From Obrimoposthia wandeli (lineage: Eukaryota), in NCBI GenBank assembly GCA_977020255.1, contig CDROCS010000122.1:372001-436000 (forward strand): a DNA stretch of 64,000 bases. The letters run 5' to 3'. A program made the translations under genes and the position numbers. The notes under the pieces were generated by a model. The model did no database searches and was not told the origin of the DNA. It saw only the letters and a list, made by a program, of their open reading frames with translations. Of this stretch, positions 1 to 9,840 are shown piece after piece (the stretch's first letter is position 1; each line of letters opens with the position of its first letter).

Positions 1-948
1 CAGCGCATTGCTCACACTGGTCGCGACAACATCAACAACGCCAGATCGTAATGCGCCTAACAACGCTAAGGCTTTACTATTTTCAGCAGCCGATACAACC
101 ACTGTCGGTATATGTCGTAGCTCTTCCATACTCAAACCAATCACCCGATCACTCATCATTGTGTCAGCTTGGTTTCCTTGGCTATCAAAAAAATCATAAC
201 CCGCAATATCGCCAACAACACCCTTTCGAATACGTGCTTCTACAATTTCTTGTGGCGTAAACCAACCCAGTTTAACCATGTGACTATTTTCATTCATATC
301 ACCAACACCAACTAAAGCAACATCAGCTCGACGAGCACGGTCTAATGTTTCTTTTACCGTACCATTTTTCATGAAGGCTTCTTTTACTTTAATGTCTTCA
401 ACATAAGCAGGCGCATATAAGGTTTCACTAATACCATCGTATTTCTTCGCCAGTAATCGACAAATATGATCAGCATTAATGGCATTACCAGAACGGTGAG
501 TACCACCGATACCACTCACAAAGCGGCACTTCTTATGAGGTACAACGCCAACATGGCTAGCAATCGAAGCAATATTACGCCCCTGCCCAACCGTTACTAC
601 CATTTCATCGGTTAAAATCGTGGCTAAATAACTAGAAACAAGACTAGCGACTTGTTGTCGTTGCGCTTCATCATCTGGCTGATCAAGTGCAATCAATGCG
701 CGCTTTAGATTGAAACGTTCAATAAGCTGTTGTTCGAGTTTTTCGCTAAAAACAGGGTGGTATTTAACAGTAATTTCAACCACACCTTCTTCACGAGCAC
801 GACGAAGCAAACGACCCACTTTGGCACGTGACATACCAAATTTTTTCGAGATCTCTTCTTGAGTCGCACCGTCTTGATAATAAGCGATAGCAATCTCGGT
901 CAATAAGTCACTATCAACATGTGGGCTGTCATTGGTATTTGCACTCAT
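1..948 (-). CDS. SorC/DeoR-family sugar-binding transcriptional regulator (3' end runs off the window; absent from the ORF track)
   Basis: Manual translation from ATG at 948: MSANTNDSPHVDSDLLTEIAIAYYQDGATQEEISKKFGMSRAKVGRLLRRAREEGVVEI (SorC-type HTH), then a sugar-binding domain (VGQGRNIA, GIGG, ALVGVGDM); the frame is open to position 1. Confidence 0.85.
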   Translation of the reverse strand, partial: MSANTNDSPHVDSDLLTEIAIAYYQDGATQEEISKKFGMSRAKVGRLLRRAREEGVVEITVKYHPVFSEKLEQQLIERFNLKRALIALDQPDDEAQRQQVASLVSSYLATILTDEMVVTVGQGRNIASIASHVGVVPHKKCRFVSGIGGTHRSGNAINADHICRLLAKKYDGISETLYAPAYVEDIKVKEAFMKNGTVKETLDRARRADVALVGVGDMNENSHMVKLGWFTPQEIVEARIRKGVVGDIAGYDFFDSQGNQADTMMSDRVIGLSMEELRHIPTVVVSAAENSKALALLGALRSGVVDVVATSVSNAL

Positions 949-1124
949 CGTACTATTCTTCCTAACTGCTATTTAGCGCATTCATTACCGACAATATTAC
1001 TATATGCGTGCCGTTAAATGGATAGTAAAGCTATGTTTTATCAAGTTGGATAGATAACGGTCATAAATTACGCAGGAAAAATAGATAAGTGAACCGCAAC
1101 TTATTTAGGTTGGTATAAAAAGCC

Positions 1125-1189
1125 CAGACGAAAAAAAGCCCTAATCTTTCCTGCTCCACCTTAAAGAGGGGGCTTCTTCAATAATGGCG
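1125..1189 (-). repeat. Degenerate second copy of the tRNA-Asp 3' end plus rrn terminator
   Basis: cagacg-A-tract-gccctaatcttt...gggcttcttcaataatggcg also occurs at 1223-1273; this copy has about 20 nt in place of agatta. Confidence 0.75.
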
Positions 1190-1229
1190 ACGTTAACGAG
1201 ACTTTCTAATTTTCATTTTCTACAGACGT

Positions 1230-1262
1230 AAAAAAGCCCTAATCTTTAGATTAGGGCTTCTT
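1230..1262 (-). terminator. Rho-independent terminator of the rRNA operon
   Basis: On the minus strand, hairpin aagccctaatct-aa-agattagggctt followed by a T-run, just after tRNA-Asp. Confidence 0.8.
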
Positions 1263-1268
1263 CAATAA

Positions 1269-1345
1269 TGGCGGAGTGGACGGGACTCGAACCCGCGACC
1301 CCCGGCGTGACAGGCCGGTATTCTAACCAACTGAACTACCACTCC
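1269..1345 (-). tRNA. tRNA-Asp(GTC), trailer tRNA of the rrn operon
   Basis: GGAGTGGTAGTTCAG...CCGGCCTGTCACGCCGG...GTTCGAGTCCC...CCGCCA, 77 nt. Confidence 0.97.
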
Positions 1346-1377
1346 GCAGTGTCTATTCAGCATTTAAGCAATAGGGA

Positions 1378-1494
1378 ACTTGGCAATGACCTACTCTCAC
1401 ATGGGGAGACCCCACACTACCATCGGCGCAACTATATTTCACTTCTGAGTTCGGCATGGGATCAGGTGGTTCTATAGTGCTATTGTCGCCAAGT
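1378..1494 (-). rRNA. rrf: 5S rRNA, distal copy (AU-richer variant)
   Basis: Conserved 5S core CCACCTGATCCCATGCCGAACTCAGAAGTGAAA...GATGGTAGTGTGGGGTCTCCCCATGTGAGAGTAGG. Confidence 0.95.
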
Positions 1495-1545
1495 AAATTC
1501 TTTTACACAGTTCACGTTATTAACAACACAAACTTAAAATTGGGC

Positions 1546-1662
1546 GCCTGGCGATGCCCTACTCTCACATGGGGAGACCCCACACTACCATCGGCGCAAC
1601 TGCGTTTCACTTCTGAGTTCGGCATGGGATCAGGTGGAGCCACAGCGCTATGGTCGCCAGAC
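1546..1662 (-). rRNA. rrf: 5S rRNA, proximal copy
   Basis: Same conserved 5S core, about 240 nt downstream of the 23S 3' end. Confidence 0.97.
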
Positions 1663-1689
1663 AAATTCTTTTCTCTCTCTTCCGTTTGC

Positions 1690-1791
1690 TAGAAATACAC
1701 GCTAACCGCATTGCCTGCCTCTCTCATTCAGTTATGTACTTCGTACACGCCTTCACTCGAATCGTTGGCGGCTTTGCTAGCCTGTTTTCTA
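1690..1791. repeat. About 100-bp imperfect palindromic element in the 23S-5S spacer
   Basis: Terminal inverted repeats tagaaatacacgcta / tagcctgttttcta, with inner pairings ccgc/gcgg, attc/gaat and tgtac-ttc-gtaca. Confidence 0.45.
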
Positions 1792-1905
1792 TCTGCACTA
1801 CCCGTGCACAACAGAAAAGAAATAATCTGGGAAAGTTAACTAGTATCTCAATACACTTCATTCAAGTGTTCGTGGAGTCCGTAAAAAACCCCTTGGGTGT
1901 TGTAT

Positions 1906-2040
1906 GGTTAAGCCTCACGGGCAATTAGTACAGGTTAGCTCAATGCCTCGCAGCACTTACACACCCTGCCTATCAACGTCGTAGTCTTCAACAACCCTTT
2001 AGGATACTTATAGTATCAGGGATGACTCATCTCAGGGCTC

Positions 2041-2071
<31 letters not shown>

Positions 2072-2240
2072 GATTCCGAACTTAGCTACCGGGCAATGCT
2101 ACTGGCGTAACAACCCGAACACCAGAGGTTCGTCCACTCCGGTCCTCTCGTACTAGGAGCAGCCCCCTTCAATCATCCAACGCCCACGGCAGATAGGGAC
2201 CGAACTGTCTCACGACGTTCTAAACCCAGCTCGCGTACCA

Positions 2241-2273
<33 letters not shown>

Positions 2274-2275
2274 GA

Positions 2276-2318
<43 letters not shown>

Positions 2319-2347
2319 ACCGCCGTCGATATGAACTCTTGGGCGGT

Positions 2348-2403
<56 letters not shown>

Positions 2404-2524
2404 AGAACCACCGGATCACTATGACCTGCTTTCGCACCTGCTCGAATTGTCATTCTCGCAGTCAAGCGGGCTTATGCCATTGCACTAACCTCACGATGTC
2501 CGACCGTGATTAGCCCACCTTCGT

Positions 2525-2567
<43 letters not shown>

Positions 2568-2823
2568 ACCCACCAGGCACTGTCCGCAACCCCGATAAGG
2601 CCAACGTTAGAACATCAAGCATACAAGGGTGGTATTTCAAGGACGACTCCATACGAACTAGCGCCCGTATTTCATAGTCTCCCACCTATCCTACACATGT
2701 AGGGTCAATGTTCAGTGCCAAGCTGTAGTAAAGGTTCACGGGGTCTTTCCGTCTAGCCGCGGGTACACAGCATCTTCACTGCGATTTCAATTTCACTGAG
2801 TCTCGGGTGGAGACAGCGTGGCC

Positions 2824-2921
<98 letters not shown>

Positions 2922-3707
2922 CAAGAGCTTCGACTTGCGTCTAACCCCATCAATTAACCTTCCGGCACCGGGCAGGCGTCACACCGTATACGTCATCTTT
3001 CGATTTTGCACAGTGCTGTGTTTTTAATAAACAGTTGCAGCCACCTGGTATCTGCGACTCCCAGCAGCTTAGAGAGCAAGTCTCATCACTGTCAGAGCGT
3101 ACCTTCTCCCGAAGTTACGGGTACCATTTTGCCTAGTTCCTTCACCCGAGTTCTCTCAAGCGCCTTGGTATTCTCTACCTGATCACCTGTGTCGGTTTGG
3201 AGTACGATTACTTATAACCTATCGCTTAGAGGCTTTTCCCGGAAGCATGGCATCAATGGCTTCATCACCGTAGTGACTCGACATCAGGTCTCAGCCTTCT
3301 CTACTTAAAGAGGTATTCCCGGATTTGCCTAAGAATACAGCCTACGCCTTTGAACTTGGACAACCGTCGCCAAGCCCACCTAGCCTTCTCCGTCCCCCCC
3401 ATCGCAGTTATAAGCAGTACGGGAATATTAACCTGTTGTCCCTCGACTACGACTTTCGTCCTCGCCTTAGGGTCGACTTACCCTGCCCCGATTAACGTTG
3501 GACAGGAACCCTTGATCTTCCGGCGAGGGAGTTTTTCACTCCCCCTTTATCGTTACTCATGTCAGCATTCGCACTTCTGATACCTCCAGCCAACCTTACG
3601 ATTGACCTTCAACGGCTTACAGAACGCTTCCCTACCCAATATAACAAGTTATATTGCCGCAGCTTCGGTTTATATCTTAGCCCCGTTACATTGTCGGCGC
3701 AGAGACT

Positions 3708-3739
<32 letters not shown>

Positions 3740-4812
3740 TGTATGGCTGCTTCTAAGCCAACATCCTGGTTGTTTCAGAATCTCCACCTCCTTTCCCACT
3801 TAGATATAATTTGGGACCTTAGTTGGTGGTCTGGGCTGTTTCCCTCTTTCACGACGGACGTTAGCACCCGCCGTGTGTCTCCCGGATAGTACTTACTGGT
3901 ATTCGGAGTTTGCAAAGGGTTGGTAAGTCGGGATGACCCCTAGCCTTAACAGTGCTCTACCCCCAGTAGTATTCGTCCGAGGCGCTACCTAAATAGCTTT
4001 CTGGGGAGAACCAGCTATACCCAAGTTTGATTGGCCTTTCACCCCTAGTCACAACTCATCCGCTAATTTTTTCAACATTAGTCGGTTCGGTCCTCCAGTA
4101 AGTGTTACCTCACCTTCAACCTGCCCATGGCTAGATCACTTGGTTTCGGGTCTAATCCTAGCAACTGTACGCCCAGTTAAGACTCGGTTTCCTACGGCTC
4201 CCCTAAACGGTTAACCTTGCTTACTAAAATTAAGTCGCTGACCCATTATACAAAGGTACGCAGTCACCCAACAAGAGACGGAGGCTCCCACTGCTTGTAC
4301 GTATACGGTTTCAGGTTCTATTTCACTCCCCTCACAGGGGTTCTTTTCGCCTTTCCCTCACGGTACTGGTTCACTATCGGTCAGTCAGGAGTATTTAGCC
4401 TTGGAGGATGGTCCCCCCATGTTCAGACAAGATGTCACGTGTCCCGTCCTACTCGTTTTCACGTAAAGTTAGTTTTCATGTACGGGGCTATCACCCTGTA
4501 TCGCTGTACTTTCCAGTACCTTCACCTAACGCTAATGCTGCTTAAGGGCTAATCCGGGTTCGCTCGCCGCTACTGCCGGAATCTCAATTGATTTCTCTTC
4601 CTCGGGGTACTTAGATGTTTCAGTTCCCCCGGTTCGCCTCGTTACGCTATGTATTCACGTAACGATACGTGCTTATGCACGTGGGTTTCCCCATTCGGAA
4701 ATCGTAGACTCAAGTGGCTTTTACTGCCTAATCTACGCTTATCGCAAGTTAATACGTCCTTCATCGCCTCTGACTGCCAAGGCATCCACCGTGTACGCTT
4801 AGTCACTTAACC
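1906..4812 (-). rRNA. rrl: 23S rRNA
   Basis: 5' end GGTTAAGTGACTAAGCG and 3' end GTGAGGCTTAACC, with conserved domain V motifs; about 2.9 kb, leaving no room for a large intervening sequence. Ends approximate. Confidence 0.97.
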
Positions 4813-5012
4813 ATACAACCCCAAGAGGTTTCGTATGGCAACAACCAAGGTTTCTCTGCTTGTTCTTTTACAAGAGCAAGAGAGGTTTGTTTTCGCCGGA
4901 CTCTTACACAAGACACTTGAATGTGTGTTTGTTTTGAGAACTCGTTTTTATCATTCGATAAAAACATTTGTAATTGAATCCTTAGATTCAATTTACTAGT
5001 CAGCTTTCCAGA

Positions 5013-5025
5013 TTGTTAAAGAGCA
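5013..5025 (-). promoter_or_regulatory. Spacer boxA antitermination element
   Basis: TGCTCTTTAACAA on the minus strand upstream of 23S. Confidence 0.85.
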
Positions 5026-5111
5026 TGTGTTTTTTCTATCCCCGTAGAGACAAATATTCCACTTTCTAACCACACTCCACTCTTTTTACGAGTAAGAATG
5101 CATTTAGAAAG

Positions 5112-5187
5112 TGGTGGAGCTATGCGGGATCGAACCGCAGACCTCTTCGCTGCCAGCGAAGCGCTCTCCCAGCTGAGCTATAGCCCC
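5112..5187 (-). tRNA. tRNA-Ala(GGC)
   Basis: GGGGCTATAGCTCAGCTGGGAGAGCG-CTTCG-CTGGCAG-CGAAG...CTCCACCA. Confidence 0.95.
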
Positions 5188-5251
5188 AATATAACTGGGT
5201 GGTACTTATTCTTTTCAACTTAACCTTGCAATCAAGATTTAAGAGAAAGAA

Positions 5252-5327
5252 TGGTGGGCGATACTGGGCTCGAACCAGTGACCCCCTCCTTGTAAGGGAG
5301 GTGCTCTCCCAACTGAGCTAATCGCCC
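5252..5327 (-). tRNA. tRNA-Val(TAC)
   Basis: GGGCGATTAGCTCAG...CTCCC-TTACAAG-GAG...GCCCACCA. Confidence 0.96.
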
Positions 5328-5357
5328 TCCGATATTTTACATCCTCAAAGGAGAAGA

Positions 5358-5433
5358 TGGTGGGTCGTGCAGGATTCGAACCTGCGACCAATTGATTAAA
5401 AGTCAACTGCTCTACCAACTGAGCTAACGACCC
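5358..5433 (-). tRNA. tRNA-Lys(TTT)
   Basis: GGGTCGTTAGCTCAG...TTGAC-TTTTAA-TCAA...ACCCACCA. Confidence 0.96.
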
Positions 5434-5461
5434 ATTGTTACTTTCTTTAATTGAAAGAAAG

Positions 5462-5537
5462 TGGCGTCCCGTAGGGGAGTCGAACCCCTGTTACCGCCGT
5501 GAAAGGGCGGTGTCCTAGGCCTCTAGACGAACGGGAC
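5462..5537 (-). tRNA. tRNA-Glu(TTC)
   Basis: GTCCCGTTCGTCTAGAGG...CCGCC-CTTTCAC-GGCGG...GGGACGCCA. Confidence 0.96.
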
Positions 5538-5634
5538 TTAGTTTTCTGCCAGCGTTGTTGGGCAACGCTAGCGCTCTTTTACATTTCGACCAAGCAATCT
5601 GTGTGGACACTACATCAAACAATAAATCTTTAGG

Positions 5635-5755
5635 TAAGGAGGTGATCCAGCCCCAGGTTCCCCTAGGGCTACCTTGTTACGACTTCACCCCAGTCATGAA
5701 CCACACCGTGGTAAACGCCCTCCCGAAGGTTAAGCTATCTACTTCTGGTGCAGCC

Positions 5756-5809
<54 letters not shown>

Positions 5810-5967
5810 GACATTCTGATTCACGATTACTAGCGATTCCGACTTCACGGAGTCGAGTTGCAGACTCCGATCCGGACTACGACGTACTTTGTGGGATTCG
5901 CTCACCATCGCTGGTTGGCAGCCCTCTGTATACGCCATTGTAGCACGTGTGTAGCCCTACTCGTAAG

Positions 5968-6009
<42 letters not shown>

Positions 6010-6064
6010 TCACCGGTAAGAGTCTTCCCTGGAGTTCCCACCATTACGTGCTGGCAAACAAGGA

Positions 6065-6100
<36 letters not shown>

Positions 6101-6106
6101 TTCACA

Positions 6107-6138
<32 letters not shown>

Positions 6139-6194
6139 CTCAGAGTTCCCGAAGGCACTAAGCTATCTCTAGCGAATTCTCTGGATGTCAAGAG

Positions 6195-6265
<71 letters not shown>

Positions 6266-6360
6266 ATTTGAGTTTTAATCTTGCGACCGTACTCCCCAGG
6301 CGGTCTACTTAACGCGTTAGCTCCGAAAGCCACGGCTCAAGGCCACAACCTTCAAGTAGA

Positions 6361-6420
<60 letters not shown>

Positions 6421-6634
6421 TCTGCGCGTCTGTCCTTGTCCAGGGGCCGCCTTCGCCACCGGTATTCCTTCAGATCTCTACGCATTTCACCGCTACACCT
6501 GAAATTCTACCCCCTCTACAAGACTCTAGTCTGCCAGTTCAAAATGCGGTTCCGAGGTTGAGCCCCGGGCTTTCACATCTTGCTTAACAGACCGCCTGCA
6601 TGCGCTTTACGCCCAGTAATTCCGATTAACGCTC

Positions 6635-6669
<35 letters not shown>

Positions 6670-6807
6670 GTAGCTGCTTCTTCTGTCGCTAACGTCAAGG
6701 CATGCAGCTATTAACTACACACCCTTCCTCACGACTGAAAGTACTTTACAACCCGAAGGCCTTCTTCATACACGCGGCATGGCTGCATCAGGGTTTCCCC
6801 CATTGTG

Positions 6808-6890
<83 letters not shown>

Positions 6891-6899
6891 GGGATCGTT

Positions 6900-6935
<36 letters not shown>

Positions 6936-7178
6936 CCACCTGGGCTAATCTTAGCGCGAGAGGCCCGAAGGTCCCCTGCTTTACTCCGAAGAGGTTATGC
7001 GGTATTAGCTATCGTTTCCAATAGTTATCCCCCACACTAAGGCATATTCCCAGGCATTACTCACCCGTCCGCCGCTCGTCAGCAAAGAAAGCAAGCTTTC
7101 TTTCTGTTACCGCTCGACTTGCATGTGTTAGGCCTGCCGCCAGCGTTCAATCTGAGCCATGATCAAACTCTTCAATTA
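5635..7178 (-). rRNA. rrs: 16S rRNA
   Basis: AATTGAAGAGTTTGATCATGGCTCAG at the 5' end and GGATCACCTCCTTA at the 3' end; several anomalies in conserved regions (see findings). Confidence 0.97.
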
Positions 7179-7359
7179 AAGTTCTGTTGATTCTTTCGAA
7201 TCGGCTCAATGATTTTTACTGATATTCTTGTTTCATCTTCTTGCGAAGAATGAAGCATAAATTGACTGTGTCATCTTGCGATGATTAAGGTCACTCAGTT
7301 CATTGATAAATCTTTCGACTTAAAATTTCACGAGTGCCCACACAGATTGCATGGTCAAA

Positions 7360-7372
7360 TTGTTAAAGAACA
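7360..7372 (-). promoter_or_regulatory. Leader boxA antitermination element
   Basis: TGTTCTTTAACAA followed by the conserved ATCTGTGTGGGCAC leader motif. Confidence 0.8.
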
Positions 7373-7422
7373 TACTGACTAGGTTGCTGGCTAATCGCCG
7401 TGCTCCGTGTCAGTGAGGTCGC

Positions 7423-7450
7423 ATTATAGGGAGATTTTTGCGAGTGACAA
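7423..7450 (-). promoter_or_regulatory. Sigma70 rRNA promoter
   Basis: TTGTCA-16 bp-TATAAT, then the GC-rich discriminator GCGACCTC, with an A/T tract upstream (UP element); typical stringent rrn promoter. Confidence 0.85.
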
Positions 7451-7463
7451 CTCTTTTCTAAAC

Positions 7464-7505
7464 AAAAAAAACCAACCGTTCAAAATTTGAACACGATTGG
7501 TTTTT
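7464..7505 (-). terminator. Probable terminator after the minor pilin operon
   Basis: Imperfect inverted repeat aaaaccaaccgttcaaa/tttgaacacgattggtttt with A/T tails. Confidence 0.55.
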
Positions 7506-7542
7506 GTGGGCTAAATATTGCTCGCAGGCGTAATTTTAAAGG

Positions 7543-7974
7543 CTAATCGAACTCGCTATAACGTGAAACCATCGTTTTTAATTCAACTTTAGATGTATTA
7601 TTCCAACGATCCACCCAATCAACAGTTACATGAATTAACTTTGCCCCAGCAACTCCAGACAACGATAACTTATCTTCAATTACCCATTTACGGTTGAAAG
7701 TGTAACTAGAACCAGAAACTGATGCTGTATCATCATCAGAAATAAATAGAGGTCCATCAAACGATATCGTTCCAATGCCTGCACTTTGCGAGCGGGTCCG
7801 AAAATACTCTAATTTCTCTTCTGCTAGGTATAAAGCATCAATACTGTGAAGTGCATTTTCAGATTTCACTTCCATATAGGTTTGAAGCTTTACTAAACCG
7901 AGCACACCGACAGTAAGAACAACAAAGGAAATCAGCACCTCAATAAGACTAAAACCTTTCGATTTAGAAATCAT
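7543..7974 (-). CDS. pilV: Type IV minor pilin, PilV-like
   Basis: Prepilin motif KSKG/FSLIE followed by a hydrophobic helix; last gene of a fimT-pilW-pilX-pilV cluster next to dnaJ, as in V. cholerae. Confidence 0.75.
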   Translation of the reverse strand: MISKSKGFSLIEVLISFVVLTVGVLGLVKLQTYMEVKSENALHSIDALYLAEEKLEYFRTRSQSAGIGTISFDGPLFISDDDTASVSGSSYTFNRKWVIEDKLSLSGVAGAKLIHVTVDWVDRWNNTSKVELKTMVSRYSEFD

Positions 7975-9205
7975 GCCAAGATCCTTCTACCCATTTAGGT
8001 GTAGAGAAAGGCGATAATAAATCATTTATTAATGTTCCATCATAAGTTAATACACTAGCCATATTAAAATATGATAATTTATTTGGAGTATCAAGAATGA
8101 ATCCTCCAGTAGGAACAAAAGAACCATTCATGAAAAATACAAGACTATCTCTCATCGCTTCTTTTTCGATAGTAGTTAGTGTTAGACCTGAAGGCTTGTA
8201 CATGTCTAAATTTTGAACATATGTATTCATACCAAAGGGCGACTCATAAGACCAAACATTAACGCCTCCTTGAACTGGATTAAAATCAGTAGAAAAATGA
8301 TAAATAATACCTTTGTACGTTGAACTCGTACCATTTACAGAAAGTACCCCATTTTCCACTAATAAAAATACTCCATTAACCGCTTGTGATTTAGCACTTA
8401 AAACGCCCAATCCTGGATGCTTCATAAAACAATTCCCTGTTGCCCATATATAGCGATGGTCATTATCTATTTGAGTTGCTATTTCATTTGCACAATTATT
8501 AGGATCTACAATATTCAACTTTCTAAAGACCCCGCCATCACGGACATCTACCCAATCATTTCGGCTAACCTGGAACGTTTCTTTAAAGACATCTAAATCA
8601 CTTTCAACCTGTATGTCGCTTTTAAATGTCGGAGCATTCTTCGTGTTTGTTACATAATTAGCATTACAGGTCCCTGTTGTTTTAGTCCCCTTATTAGTGA
8701 AAAAACTAGTAGAGTCATCATTTATGTAAAATTTAGTTTTATATCTTAAAATCAAACAAGCCCAAGTACCATCAGGCAATTTGACATTTGAATCCGAGTA
8801 ATATTCATGATCCCCTTTAAAGTACAGATCCGCCGAACTTTTAATTACACCATGACTTCCCCCTCCACCACCTGCAATTGCTTTACTAATACTTTTGAAG
8901 CCAGCCTTTGCTACCATTAAAGATGATGTCCCACTAGAAACAACTGATAGCGAATCCAAATTATAGTCAGACATAGTTAAACAACTTGAAAGATCTGCAT
9001 TTTTATCATTATTGTTTTTTACTACGGAATACCCACACTCTAGCCCCCCCTCTGTCAACCAATGTGCCTGCCTTGCCAACACTTCATTCTGGGTTCGCTT
9101 AATCTGGTAAAAGGTATTTTTATAAGATGCTAATGAAAACAATAACGACACCACTAATAACATGGTCGTTATTAATAAAGTCGCCATTCCTTTTTGACTC
9201 TTCAT
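7964..9205 (-). CDS. pilX: Type IV minor pilin, PilX-like, with long C-terminal domain
   Basis: QKG/MATLL prepilin lacking Glu5, as is typical of PilX; QARWLAE-like motif ARQAHWLTEGGLE. Confidence 0.7.
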   Translation of the reverse strand: MKSQKGMATLLITTMLLVVSLLFSLASYKNTFYQIKRTQNEVLARQAHWLTEGGLECGYSVVKNNNDKNADLSSCLTMSDYNLDSLSVVSSGTSSLMVAKAGFKSISKAIAGGGGGSHGVIKSSADLYFKGDHEYYSDSNVKLPDGTWACLILRYKTKFYINDDSTSFFTNKGTKTTGTCNANYVTNTKNAPTFKSDIQVESDLDVFKETFQVSRNDWVDVRDGGVFRKLNIVDPNNCANEIATQIDNDHRYIWATGNCFMKHPGLGVLSAKSQAVNGVFLLVENGVLSVNGTSSTYKGIIYHFSTDFNPVQGGVNVWSYESPFGMNTYVQNLDMYKPSGLTLTTIEKEAMRDSLVFFMNGSFVPTGGFILDTPNKLSYFNMASVLTYDGTLINDLLSPFSTPKWVEGSWHDF

Positions 9206-9840
9206 TAATTCCAGTTCCTTGTTTTAATTTGTGTTGATACCGTTTTTGTATAACTCGTATTATTTAATGTCGCTGACAAGCTAATTTTGACAATTGAAGA
9301 CGTTGCCGATGATGTCGATAAAACAGTTGGCTCCACCTTAAATTCAGTAACGTTTATGTAATCTTGATCCATCAATGAAAAAGCGGTTCCGGGTCCACAG
9401 CTTGCATCACTCAGTGCTACACCACCTACTGACTTTGTAACCGTATCAACGCACATTTGAATTACATTTGGTGAGCCCGACTTCAATCGAAACTTCACAA
9501 TTCGCCACTTAGCATTTTCATCTTCATACACATAACTAATTGAATCATTGACGGAACCAACAACAATAGTCGAAGAAGCACCAGATAAGGTCAAAGATCC
9601 TGAATTATCCGAGTTATAACCTGCTCGTTGTATGTCGCTTTTCATGATTCTTATTGCATCATTTACATCTTGGGCTAGCATAAGCTGCTTTGTTCGCTCA
9701 GCAGCCATATTATGCCCGCTTAGAAAAACGCTGCCTACTGACGCTAAAATAATGAGCCCTAAGCTTGACGCTATCAGTAATTCAATTAACGACGCGCCCC
9801 GTTGAAAACGAACAAGATTAACCACACGATTTATAGCCAT
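9205..9840 (-). CDS. pilW: Type IV minor pilin, PilW-like
   Basis: QRG/ASLIE prepilin motif and DIQRAGY motif; start placed at ATG 9840 rather than the ORF-track start. Confidence 0.75.
   Translation of the reverse strand: MAINRVVNLVRFQRGASLIELLIASSLGLIILASVGSVFLSGHNMAAERTKQLMLAQDVNDAIRIMKSDIQRAGYNSDNSGSLTLSGASSTIVVGSVNDSISYVYEDENAKWRIVKFRLKSGSPNVIQMCVDTVTKSVGGVALSDASCGPGTAFSLMDQDYINVTEFKVEPTVLSTSSATSSIVKISLSATLNNTSYTKTVSTQIKTRNWN

Noticed and set aside
8-893. Short ORF-track calls at 8-199, 51-260 and 705-893
   Set aside because: They are antisense or out-of-frame shadows of the SorC-family gene at 1-948.
1268-6929. ORF-track calls within the tRNA and rRNA region
   Set aside because: They overlap structural RNA genes and have no protein motifs.
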